DNA from: Thermoplasmata archaeon
Lineage (GTDB): Archaea > Thermoplasmatota > Thermoplasmata > Thermoplasmatales > Thermoplasmataceae
Length of the DNA stretch: 64,000 bases
Reading direction: 5' to 3'
Assembly: GCA_021818715.1 (NCBI GenBank)
Contig: JAKATN010000003.1
Span: forward strand, 31,093-95,092
The notes beneath the pieces are model-generated. The model was not told the origin of the DNA. It did no database searches and worked only from the letters and a program-made list of their open reading frames with translations. Shown here piece by piece: positions 10,100-17,914 of this stretch (its first letter is position 1; every line of letters starts with the position of its first letter). Both the position numbers and the translations under genes were made by a program.

Positions 10100-10434
10100 A
10101 ATGAAACAGGAACAAATGCCCGGAATAAGCCCCCTTCTGTTACCCCTTTGACGGGATGGCAACATTTAACTATGGGCCTGAGCCCCGTCTTACCCGATCC
10201 TCGCGGCAGCGTCATTGGATCTTCTTAGACTTTCTCCTTCCGGGAAGGTTTTCCATCGGGTCCCCCGGAAACGTCATTTTTCAATCATCCTTTACCGGGC
10301 CCGTATTTTTCTTTTACCTTTACCAGTTCTCTCGGACTATCAGCTTGCGCTGATCGGACCTGCCAGTGGAGGGGGGACTTTCCTCACCTCAAAAGGCGTC
10401 GGTTGCCCTCGGGCTTTTTGTTCCTGCTTTCATT
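10100..10434 (-). ncRNA. rnpB: RNase P RNA (archaeal type A-like), about 335 nt
   Basis: The minus strand contains CR-I GAGGAAAGUCCCCCCUCCA (E. coli has GAGGAAAGUCCGGGCUCCA). It also contains CR-V ACAGAAGGGGGCUUAU (E. coli has ACAGAACCCGGCUUAU). The two form P4 with the bulged U. A CR-IV-like AGAUCCAAUGAC is present. A long P1 forms between AAUGAAAGCAGGAACAAA..GCCCG (10434..10412) and CGGGCAUUUGUUCCUGUUUCAUU (10122..10100). The ends are defined by P1, within a few nt. Confidence 0.85.
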
Positions 10435-10458
10435 ATGCAGGGCTGGACTTAATCTTTA

Positions 10459-11091
10459 TCAGGCGTTCTTCCTTATAGCTATCTCCGTTGCGATCTTCCT
10501 CTTTACAAGGAGTTCCGCGAATCTTTTCCTGAGGAACACAATCTCGCCGTCCCTGAAATAGTAATTCCTGTCCGTCTGCGCGATGGGGGGCTGGTCTCCA
10601 AGGATCCTCACAGCAGTAAATTCCTCCGGGGATTCATCCCTTTTAGGCTCGTTCTCGGTTTTCTGATCACCCTTTATCACTATGGGCTTCTCGCTGACCT
10701 GAACAGGCTGTATACCAAGCAGCTGGTTGTACTGTTCCTTGACTTCCGAATAAATGCGATCTACAAATTCCCTTTCGTCCTCGGTGAGATTGATCATTTC
10801 GTCCGTATTATTGTCAAAAACCGGAACCCTCACAATCTTGCTGTACCTGATCTGGAAGAGAGTCTTGAATGCCCTCTCTATCTGTCTCAGCCTGTCCTTG
10901 ATCTGAATGTATCTGTCTATGTCCACGGCCGCATTTTTTTCCGCCTCTGTATTCAGGAATTTTATCAGCTGCGGTATTGTGTTGAATACTGACTGATCTA
11001 TCTTTCTAATCTTCTTGGTGTTCTTCTCTGCCCTGATGGCGCTTTGAAGCTCCAGAAAAGCATTTTCTACATCCTGGGGTGAGAAGTTCAT
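10459..11091 (-). CDS. GINS subunit (Gins51/Gins15-like) of the replicative CMG helicase
   Basis: The helical A-domain ends in the LFQIRYSKIVRV (R..KI) motif. The C-terminal B-domain is like VRILGDQPPI...DGEIVFLRKRFAELLVKRKIA. The architecture matches archaeal Gins51 from memory. Confidence 0.6.
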   Translation of the reverse strand: MNFSPQDVENAFLELQSAIRAEKNTKKIRKIDQSVFNTIPQLIKFLNTEAEKNAAVDIDRYIQIKDRLRQIERAFKTLFQIRYSKIVRVPVFDNNTDEMINLTEDEREFVDRIYSEVKEQYNQLLGIQPVQVSEKPIVIKGDQKTENEPKRDESPEEFTAVRILGDQPPIAQTDRNYYFRDGEIVFLRKRFAELLVKRKIATEIAIRKNA

Positions 11092-11290
11092 TACAAGTAA
11101 ATTGTATAACTATTTATTAATGATACCCGAAGGGACGATGAGACATAAATCACTGACGCTTAAGCAAATTCCACAAACACGCTGCTTCTGTTGCTTTCCA
11201 GTAATGGCCAAGTGGAGTGCCTCCGCCTTTCACGGGACTGCTGTTCCGTCCTGATCGTGATCTTTTCGTTAATCTTGGATAAATCTCCCT

Positions 11291-11572
11291 ATGAAAGGAT
11301 TAGTACAGGAAGAGATTCTGTACTGGATTCAATCAGATTCTCAGTACCTCGATAACAGATTGGAAGGAGTATATGAGGAGTTAAAAAGGTTTGATCAATG
11401 TTGTAGGGGAACTGGGGAAAAGATTGAAAGTTTTTCCACGATGTCAACAGAATTTCTAAGAGGCCATGAATGCATCTTTGAAGCGATTTTGGCAGATTTG
11501 ATAGCTCTAGGATTTTCGGGTTGCACGGATGGAGGACTTTTGTCCTGGTGCCATTCTAAGAAAAATATTTAA
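11291..11572 (+). CDS. Small Cys-containing protein, first clear ORF of the E1-like/protease cassette (possible substrate or partner)
   Basis: The 93-aa ORF lies 22 nt upstream of the E1-like gene on the same strand. Its C-terminal segment is GFSGCTDGGLLSWCHSKKNI. I recognise no family. Confidence 0.4.
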   Translation: MKGLVQEEILYWIQSDSQYLDNRLEGVYEELKRFDQCCRGTGEKIESFSTMSTEFLRGHECIFEAILADLIALGFSGCTDGGLLSWCHSKKNI

Positions 11573-11594
11573 AGCTCTGAAGTTACCTGCGTAA

Positions 11595-12734
11595 ATGTCA
11601 GAAGCTATGGATTTAGGCCTTTCAATTCCTAAAATTCGGGTCCCCTACTATAGCCCAACGCTGGCTAAAGATGGAACAATAAGGATGGGGACCCAGTACC
11701 CACTCGAAGTGGAGATTAATGACCCAAGAAATGAGGACATTTGGGAGATCATGGAATTGATTGATGGAAAGAGAAGCGTTCTTCAGATAATTGAGGAGCT
11801 TCAAGGAAAAATTGAAAACCCTAGGGAGTTGGTTCTCGGACTAATAGAAAGCCTTACCAAAAGGGGGATTATTTATTACGCAAATTCCAAAGCGGATATC
11901 GAAGGATTGGATCCGGTGGAAGTGGAAAGATATGCCAGGAACTCATATTACTTTTCCTGGATACTTCCTACAGATAAAGAGCTTAATTATGAGCCGCAAT
12001 TGAAACTCAAGAACGCGAGAGTGACAATCGTGGGGATGGGTGGTATTGGATCATCTGTTGCTGTGAGTCTTGCGGCAACCGGAGTTGGGCATATACATTT
12101 AGTGGACTTCGACATCGTTGAAATATCCAATTTGAATAGACAAATACTGTACTCGGGAGATGACATTGGAAAATCAAAAGTCAAACGTGCATCTGAAAAA
12201 CTGTCCAGGATCAACTCTCTCATTGACGTTACATATGAAGAGCGCAAAGTGAATGGAGTAAATGATTTTGCGGAGCTTATGAAGAACGCAGACGTTCTTG
12301 TTCTTGGTGCTGACAAACCCGTGGGAGTCACCTCCTGGTGCAATGAAGCTGCATTGGAAGTTGGCACGCCATGGATTACAGGAGGCTATTTTGGGCCAAA
12401 ATACCTGTGCGAAGGGTACATACCGCACCAAACAGGGTGCACAGAATGCTATAAGATCAGATACATGAATGAAGTAAATGCCTCAATAAAATTTCCCTAT
12501 GGAGATTATGATTATAATGCATCAATAGCTCCAACTTCGATAATTTCTGCCCAACTAATTGCTCTGGACGTGATTCATTATATAGTGGGATTTAAGACAC
12601 AATTTTTCGGTAAAAGATATATCGGAAATGCCCTCTCAATAGACCTGTCTGTTTTTCAGGATATAGATAGAGTGCCTTCATGCCCCAAATGTGGCGAATC
12701 TGTAACTTATGCTGTAAACAAGAAACGGGACTAG
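11595..12734 (+). CDS. ThiF/MoeB/HesA (E1-like) adenylyltransferase with an N-terminal PqqD/RRE-like peptide-binding domain
   Basis: Residues about 40-95 (NEDIWEIMELIDGKRSVLQIIEELQGKIENPRELVLGLIESLTKRGII) fit the PqqD/RRE pattern. Residues about 140-379 carry VTIVGMGGIGSSVA (Rossmann), LVDFDIVEISNLNRQ, and the CxxC...CxxC zinc motif (CTEC...CPKC). Confidence 0.85.
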   Translation: MSEAMDLGLSIPKIRVPYYSPTLAKDGTIRMGTQYPLEVEINDPRNEDIWEIMELIDGKRSVLQIIEELQGKIENPRELVLGLIESLTKRGIIYYANSKADIEGLDPVEVERYARNSYYFSWILPTDKELNYEPQLKLKNARVTIVGMGGIGSSVAVSLAATGVGHIHLVDFDIVEISNLNRQILYSGDDIGKSKVKRASEKLSRINSLIDVTYEERKVNGVNDFAELMKNADVLVLGADKPVGVTSWCNEAALEVGTPWITGGYFGPKYLCEGYIPHQTGCTECYKIRYMNEVNASIKFPYGDYDYNASIAPTSIISAQLIALDVIHYIVGFKTQFFGKRYIGNALSIDLSVFQDIDRVPSCPKCGESVTYAVNKKRD

Positions 12735-12738
12735 TTCA

Positions 12739-13956
12739 GTGGATCAGATAGAACCCAACAGCTGCCTGAGATTTCACAAGCTTGAGGTCAGGAGGGAAAA
12801 AATAGGTCTCGTTGTTGGGAGAAAAGAAACTGGGGAATTTGTCTCCCTTGACAGTCTGGGTGAGGAAACTCTCAGATTATTGATGGATGGAGCGACAATA
12901 TCAGAGGTAGAGTCGGTTCTAAAATCAAGGGGGAGAGATATCAATGTGGCAAGTTTCGCCTCTAATATCATAGACCTTGGATTTGCGAGCGTTTCAGATT
13001 CTCCTCATAAAAATCCCAATGGGCTGACCATAGAGTCGGAAAACGATCTCGGGCGTTATGGGTTACCGTTCCTCGTTGTGATCATTTGCTGGATTATATT
13101 CCTGTCAGTGGCATTTTTTAGAACTGCATTGCACCCTTCTGCTCTGTACGCTGCTGTGGATTCTCTCTGGAAGTTGAATTTCATGGTCTTTTACGTGTTG
13201 ATTTTTGGGATCTTTTTACTGGATGGGGCGATCCATGAAAGTTTTCATTATCTCTCTGCGAAGCTTTTTGGAGTGCCTGCCAAGATTGGGTTAAGCGTCA
13301 GGTTATTTGAGCCGGTTTTTCAGACTGAACTTCATGCGCTCTGGAGCGTGAATAGAAAAAAACGTTACATAGTTCTATTTGCAGGATTGATGTGGGAATC
13401 ATTAGCACTTTCCTTGTTCCTGCTCGTGAAGAGTGCGTTCCAGCTTCCTCAACCGTTAAGCCTGTTTCTCAGTGGCTACATCTTTCTTAACATTATGGTG
13501 ATTATTTCTGAGTTTGCGTTCTTCACCAAAACAGATGTATATTTCATACTGGTGACGGCATTAAACTGCGGTAACTTAAGAGACGACTCAATTAATTATT
13601 TGAAATATCTTTGGAGACGTGCTTTTGGAAAATTATCTGGAAAATATAGGTCTTCACCTGCCACAGACCCTTTAAAAGTACTTCCAGCATGGGAGAAGAA
13701 GACCGTGAAATGGTACACATGGTTTATGATTGTTGGCTCACTGGCTTTCCTGATATTCAGCTATCTGATTTCCTTTTGGGGAGTCGTGAGTGTAATCGCT
13801 TTAACGGTTGCCCAATTCATGAATGGCCTATTGGCTTCAAATATCCTGGAGTTTGGGCTTGGGGCAGCAGGCTTAGGAATATTGGGTTTTAACGTTCTTT
13901 TCCCTGTTTATTTTTACATTAGAAAATGGAGAAAAACAAATTCCTTGATAAATTAG
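12739..13956 (+). CDS. Polytopic membrane HExxH zinc metalloprotease (M50/S2P-like) with an N-terminal PqqD/RRE-like domain
   Basis: The N-terminus FVSLDSLGEETLRLLMDGATISEVESVLKSRGRDINVASFASNIIDLGFA fits the PqqD pattern. HESFH at 13234..13248 sits at a TM helix, followed by at least 6 hydrophobic helices. The GTG start lies 4 nt after the E1-like stop. Confidence 0.7.
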   Translation: MDQIEPNSCLRFHKLEVRREKIGLVVGRKETGEFVSLDSLGEETLRLLMDGATISEVESVLKSRGRDINVASFASNIIDLGFASVSDSPHKNPNGLTIESENDLGRYGLPFLVVIICWIIFLSVAFFRTALHPSALYAAVDSLWKLNFMVFYVLIFGIFLLDGAIHESFHYLSAKLFGVPAKIGLSVRLFEPVFQTELHALWSVNRKKRYIVLFAGLMWESLALSLFLLVKSAFQLPQPLSLFLSGYIFLNIMVIISEFAFFTKTDVYFILVTALNCGNLRDDSINYLKYLWRRAFGKLSGKYRSSPATDPLKVLPAWEKKTVKWYTWFMIVGSLAFLIFSYLISFWGVVSVIALTVAQFMNGLLASNILEFGLGAAGLGILGFNVLFPVYFYIRKWRKTNSLIN

Positions 13957-14201
13957 CAGCAAATCCTATCATTAAGAAATTTGAATTTGTGTAAAGTACA
14001 CCCAAAAAAAAAATTAAGGTTAGACCCAAAAGTGTTCAAAATTATCTGGGGCAATCTATATTTAGTGGTGGTCCCGAAAAAATTGTGGCTTCGAATTTCT
14101 CGAGGTTCCTTATTTTAATCTCTTCCAGATATATCACCTCCACGACTTTATGCGACAATATATATATAAATTTGGCTCTTCCCACTTTCATGTTGGTAAT
14201 T

Positions 14202-14345
14202 TTATCTAATGTTTGGATATATTATTTCATGGACGAATGCCACCAGATACCTAGATTCCTCCTTCACCTTTCCATTATCACGGTAAGATCTGACTTCATA
14301 CTGGTAGGTCCTGCCGTTCTTAACCATCCTCCGGATATAGGTCAA
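14202..14345 (-). pseudogene. Truncated N-terminal fragment of a transposase-like gene
   Basis: The minus strand reads LTYIRRMVKNGRTYQYEVRSYRDNGKVKEESRYLVAF..*, about 41-47 aa. The K-N-G-R/K-x-Y-x-Y...R-x-x-G-K motif is one I associate (from memory) with N-termini of IS1634/IS4-type archaeal transposases. Confidence 0.45.
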
Positions 14346-14433
14346 TGTAGTGATAATAACACTACAACATACATAGATCGTTTCTCATAAAATCCCGCAA
14401 AAATTCTGCATCAAACAAGGAATGCCGTGTTAA

Positions 14434-14724
14434 GAAAGGGTAAAGTCAGGTTGGAGAGAGAAGAGAAAGAACGGAAAGGAACATTACAAGCTTTATGGAT
14501 CAAAGCGTGTCAGTGGAAAGCCAGCGACAAAATACATCTGATACCTCTGGAAGGATATGCTTCCATACTTGGAGAGGCTCCTTGGCACAGAGATATCGGA
14601 CGCCGGGATAGTGGATATACTGAGGGAGAATGGGATAGACTGTGACATTTCACCCATAACTAAGATGGTGCTGGAGAATGACAGGAAACTGAAATGCGGA
14701 TCGTATACTGCACTCACCTATTGA
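14434..14724 (+). pseudogene. Second transposase-like N-terminal fragment with an in-frame stop
   Basis: One frame reads ERVKSGWREKRKNGKEHYKLYGSKRVSGKPATKYI*YLWKDMLPYLERLLGTEISDAGIVDILRENGIDC...TALTY*. The in-frame TGA is at 14539..14541. It carries the same KNGK-x-Y...GKP motif as the fragment at 14202..14345, in inverted orientation. Confidence 0.45.
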
Positions 14725-14855
14725 GATGCTACGACTGCGACAATAAACTTAAGGCCTGCAGGACCAGAACAGGGCGTGTGACATCCGTTGAGTACGGATC
14801 GTTCGAGGCAGTCTATCGCGTCAGGAAATGATACACGCCTATTTCTGCCATAGGG

Positions 14856-15722
14856 CTAGAATGAAATTGGAGCAAAACCATAAGCGATCCTTGGCGTCTC
14901 GACAAAAATTCTTTCAAGAATTTCCTCCCAGTTCCCATATTCCTGCTTTATCATTTCACACCGCTTCGGGACTGAATCCGCAGGTAGGAATTTGCTTTTG
15001 TTCGACGGGTCATCTATGTAATCGGTTTCCAGCATAAACCTGTGGTCAGATCCTGCGCCCAGCCTGACATTTTCCCTTGTGGCTGGCATTGAGATGGTCA
15101 TTCCAGGTAGATTTGATAGCAGATCGGGGGTACCATGGTGTTTTACAACGCTGCTGGGCTTCATTCCTGCACTTACAGCCCTTCTGCACAAGGATTCCAC
15201 ATTGGACAGTGACAGGTCGCCTGTGTGCAGAACTACAGGTATTTCCATGTCCCCGCATACATCAAATGCGTGGGAAAGCACTTCCTCGATCGGTTCCATC
15301 ACACCTGGTTCCACCTTAAAATGCGGTAAACCGATTTCCCCGATCGCAGAAATTTTTCCCTGGCTGTGCAGCCTTGCCGCAAGGTCTATTCCATCGAACA
15401 TATTCTGCTTCGGGTCTTTGCCATGTTCCCTGAAAAAGAAGTAATCCAACGGATACGGGCCAATGGTAACCATAACGAAGATTCCCGTCTCCCTCCTGAT
15501 CACCTCGGCCATGCCCAGGGTTCTGTCAAAGATCTTCTCATAGTATTCATCAGTTCCGAGCGAGTAGTCAGGCAAATTAGTGAGATTTATCGCTGTTCCT
15601 CCTGCAAGGCTGAACTTCCTGACCGCCTCAAGGAAGTTCCCGTCATGCCTGAGGTGGAAGTGGTTGTCGAACACTACAGGGTAGGGCTGACGATTGCTCA
15701 TCTGTATGGTAAACAGGATCAC
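14856..15722 (-). CDS. TatD-related metal-dependent hydrolase/DNase family protein
   Basis: It has the FDNHFHL N-terminal HxH metal motif, later VVLHTGD, and an amidohydrolase-like layout. Confidence 0.75.
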   Translation of the reverse strand: MILFTIQMSNRQPYPVVFDNHFHLRHDGNFLEAVRKFSLAGGTAINLTNLPDYSLGTDEYYEKIFDRTLGMAEVIRRETGIFVMVTIGPYPLDYFFFREHGKDPKQNMFDGIDLAARLHSQGKISAIGEIGLPHFKVEPGVMEPIEEVLSHAFDVCGDMEIPVVLHTGDLSLSNVESLCRRAVSAGMKPSSVVKHHGTPDLLSNLPGMTISMPATRENVRLGAGSDHRFMLETDYIDDPSNKSKFLPADSVPKRCEMIKQEYGNWEEILERIFVETPRIAYGFAPISF

Positions 15723-15776
15723 TGAGAATAATAAATATAAAGGGTGCGTATGTAGGTCAACCTTAGAAGTGATGAA

Positions 15777-16379
15777 ATGTCTGCAGAAAGCCTGCTAATA
15801 TCAGAGGAGGAATATCAAAAATCCGGTGTACATATTGGTACGCAGGTCAAGTCAAAGGATATGGAGAAGTACATTTTCAAGATAAGAAACGATGGCCTCT
15901 ATATTCTTGACCTGAAGAAGACCAATGACATGCTTGTGATAGCGGGCAAGATGCTTTCACGATTCAAGCCCGAGGATATCCTGGTGGTTGCCCAGAGGCA
16001 ATATGCCTTCAGACCGGTCTCAAAATTCGGTGAGGTCACCGGATGCAGATCAATTACGGGCAGGTTCGTGCCAGGAACGCTGACAAATCCACAGCTTGAC
16101 AGATATCTGGAAGCGAAGGTGATTCTCGTCACCGATCCTCTCGCAGATATACAGGCAATGGGCGAGGCGATCAGGGTGGGCATACCGGTGATAGCGCTAT
16201 GCGATGCCAACAACAAAACGACGAACGTCGACCTGGTCATTCCTAGCAATAACAAGGGAAGGAGATCGCTTGCTGTGATATACTGGATTCTAGCCAGGGA
16301 AGTACTGAAGAACAGAGGGGCTTTGAAAGATTACGCGGACTTCCATTTCACGATTGAGGATTTCGAGGCTCAGGTCTGA
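15777..16379 (+). CDS. rps2: 30S ribosomal protein S2 (uS2)
   Basis: GVHIGTQVKSKDMEKYIFKIRNDGLYILDL, a VTDP-type block and ALCD are typical archaeal uS2 blocks. Confidence 0.92.
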   Translation: MSAESLLISEEEYQKSGVHIGTQVKSKDMEKYIFKIRNDGLYILDLKKTNDMLVIAGKMLSRFKPEDILVVAQRQYAFRPVSKFGEVTGCRSITGRFVPGTLTNPQLDRYLEAKVILVTDPLADIQAMGEAIRVGIPVIALCDANNKTTNVDLVIPSNNKGRRSLAVIYWILAREVLKNRGALKDYADFHFTIEDFEAQV

Positions 16380-17275
16380 TTCTTCAGGTATTCCTGCGAA
16401 ATTCTTGTGATCCTGACGTACCGGATCTTCCCATTGACCTCGCCCGCAAATACCATAGACTTTCTCACAGCATGGGCAAGCCGGACTGCTCTGCTGACCT
16501 TGAACCATTCTTCCCTTTCTCTCAGAGTAGAGACAAGCAGTTCAGCATGATCCTCCAGGGATTTCAGGTATACCCTGAAATTGCAACCATACTTGAATCC
16601 AGTCTTTACAATGCACCGGCGGCTCACCAGATCGGCAAACACTGCAGCTTCAATGGTCTTTTGCTTTCCCTGAAAATATTCGCGTTCGTTCCTGTTCAAA
16701 AGCAGCAGACCATAGAACTCTTCCCCCATCCATGTGCCTAAGTTTTTGTCAAAAAATGCTATTTCCCCAACTTCAACCATCGACTGCCCCTGTCCTGGGG
16801 GATCAACGGCGCCCACAGGCTCCCATGGTTCCGAAATGAAATAAGTTATATCGCCCTGGTCATCTAGCGTTGCCCAAGTTGTTGGTAGCATGCAGTTTAG
16901 TTCCGCAAAGCTGACGAAACTGTCCTCCATTGCTATCCTGATCGGCCTCGAATATTCCCTCCTAGAGTCCCTGCGAAAAGACAGGCCATCGGGTTCCTTC
17001 CTGACGTAAAATCCCAGAGATTTCAGGTTTGCATATACCTGCAGATCCCTTATGTCGGATTCAGACTTCAGCAGCTTAAACAGCGATCCTTCCTTAGCCG
17101 TTCCGTCAGCTGGAGCTATAAGCCCCTTTGTCAGGAGATACAGCGCCTCCAGTTCCGTGAGTATAAGTTCATTACGAAGAACCCGGCCCACTTTGTGCCT
17201 CTGCCGGATACTGTCTGGGGATTTGGCACAGGCAAAGCGATGCTGGCCACATACGGCTACCGCTGACGTCGTCAT
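16370..17275 (-). CDS. endA: tRNA-splicing endonuclease, duplicated-unit (alpha'2) type
   Basis: The C-terminal catalytic unit reads KYGCNFRVY...HAELLV...RLAHAVRKSMVFA. An N-terminal degenerate repeat and the 301-aa size fit the two-unit Thermoplasma-type enzyme. Confidence 0.85.
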   Translation of the reverse strand: MTTSAVAVCGQHRFACAKSPDSIRQRHKVGRVLRNELILTELEALYLLTKGLIAPADGTAKEGSLFKLLKSESDIRDLQVYANLKSLGFYVRKEPDGLSFRRDSRREYSRPIRIAMEDSFVSFAELNCMLPTTWATLDDQGDITYFISEPWEPVGAVDPPGQGQSMVEVGEIAFFDKNLGTWMGEEFYGLLLLNRNEREYFQGKQKTIEAAVFADLVSRRCIVKTGFKYGCNFRVYLKSLEDHAELLVSTLREREEWFKVSRAVRLAHAVRKSMVFAGEVNGKIRYVRITRISQEYLKNQT

Positions 17276-17787
17276 TTCTTTACGAACACTTCAATCATTT
17301 TATCCGTTACGTACCCATATAACTTTTCCCAGTCGTCCCTCGAGTTGTTGCTCAGGATGAAGTAAGGTATCGCGTAATCTTTTGAAACGCGTTCCAGTTC
17401 ATCCTGCCAGAACTGGGCTTCGTAGCGCCTGTCAAGCTTGGTAGCCACCAGGACCCTGACGGTCTTGTTGTTGAGGGCACTAATGAATTTCAGAACATTT
17501 TCAGCATAGTCTAGCGATCGGATGCTGGTAAGGTCCGCAACAACCAATATGCAGTTGGAACCAGTCAGAAGTTTTTCGCTTTCCTGTTCGCTGTTTATTT
17601 CAAGGAAGAGGAGTTCTGCCGTTATCCTCCTGTTGCGTGCATCAAGGGTGACTATTTTGCGCTGAATAGGCCTGAGCTGTGAACTCACCGTATTCGTATT
17701 GTATACCAGCCTGGAGATCAGAGTACTTTTCCCGGAACCGTTGAGCCCCGTAACGCTTATCTTCCAAGTAACTCTCGAATTCTCCAT
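17272..17787 (-). CDS. Divergent Ras-superfamily small GTPase-like protein
   Basis: G1 is GLNGSGKST, G4 is TKLD (an NKxD variant), and G5-like is LSN. The G3 position reads LEINSEQE instead of DxxGQE. The stop overlaps the endA start by 4 nt. Confidence 0.6.
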   Translation of the reverse strand: MENSRVTWKISVTGLNGSGKSTLISRLVYNTNTVSSQLRPIQRKIVTLDARNRRITAELLFLEINSEQESEKLLTGSNCILVVADLTSIRSLDYAENVLKFISALNNKTVRVLVATKLDRRYEAQFWQDELERVSKDYAIPYFILSNNSRDDWEKLYGYVTDKMIEVFVKK

Positions 17788-17914
17788 CTGCCTTCGATAA
17801 ATAGCCCTGTAAAATACTTTTCCCTGTCACTAATCCACAGAGCCACATCACACTGAAGATTTCATGGCGGGTATCATCATTTATATCCGTTCAAACCATT
17901 CTGTGCCGATCTAT

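Noticed and set aside
10156-10478. ORFs 10156..10353 and 10215..10478, and the N-terminal extension of 9857..10165.
   Set aside because: They overlap the RNase P RNA gene on either strand. Their sequences are low-complexity and have no coding signal.
11119-11157. A possible box C/D sRNA (AATGATA…GATGAGA…CTGA) in the GINS/cassette intergenic region.
   Set aside because: The C box is imperfect. There is no room for a D' box and two 10-12-nt guides between the elements, so the spacing is incompatible with archaeal C/D sRNAs.
11595-12734. Reading the E1-like protein as the ordinary SAMP/MoaD-activating UbaA/MoeB.
   Set aside because: It carries an extra N-terminal domain of about 100 aa with PqqD-like character. 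It is coupled to a membrane metalloprotease rather than to moaD/samp/moaE genes, and it sits in an A+T-richer islet. This reading is not excluded without phylogeny, so the alternative is stated in the finding.
14085-14390. A 101-aa plus-strand ORF in the A+T-rich scar.
   Set aside because: Its composition is driven by A+T richness (I/L/F/Y/N-rich). It is antisense to the recognisable transposase-like fragment and has no start context.
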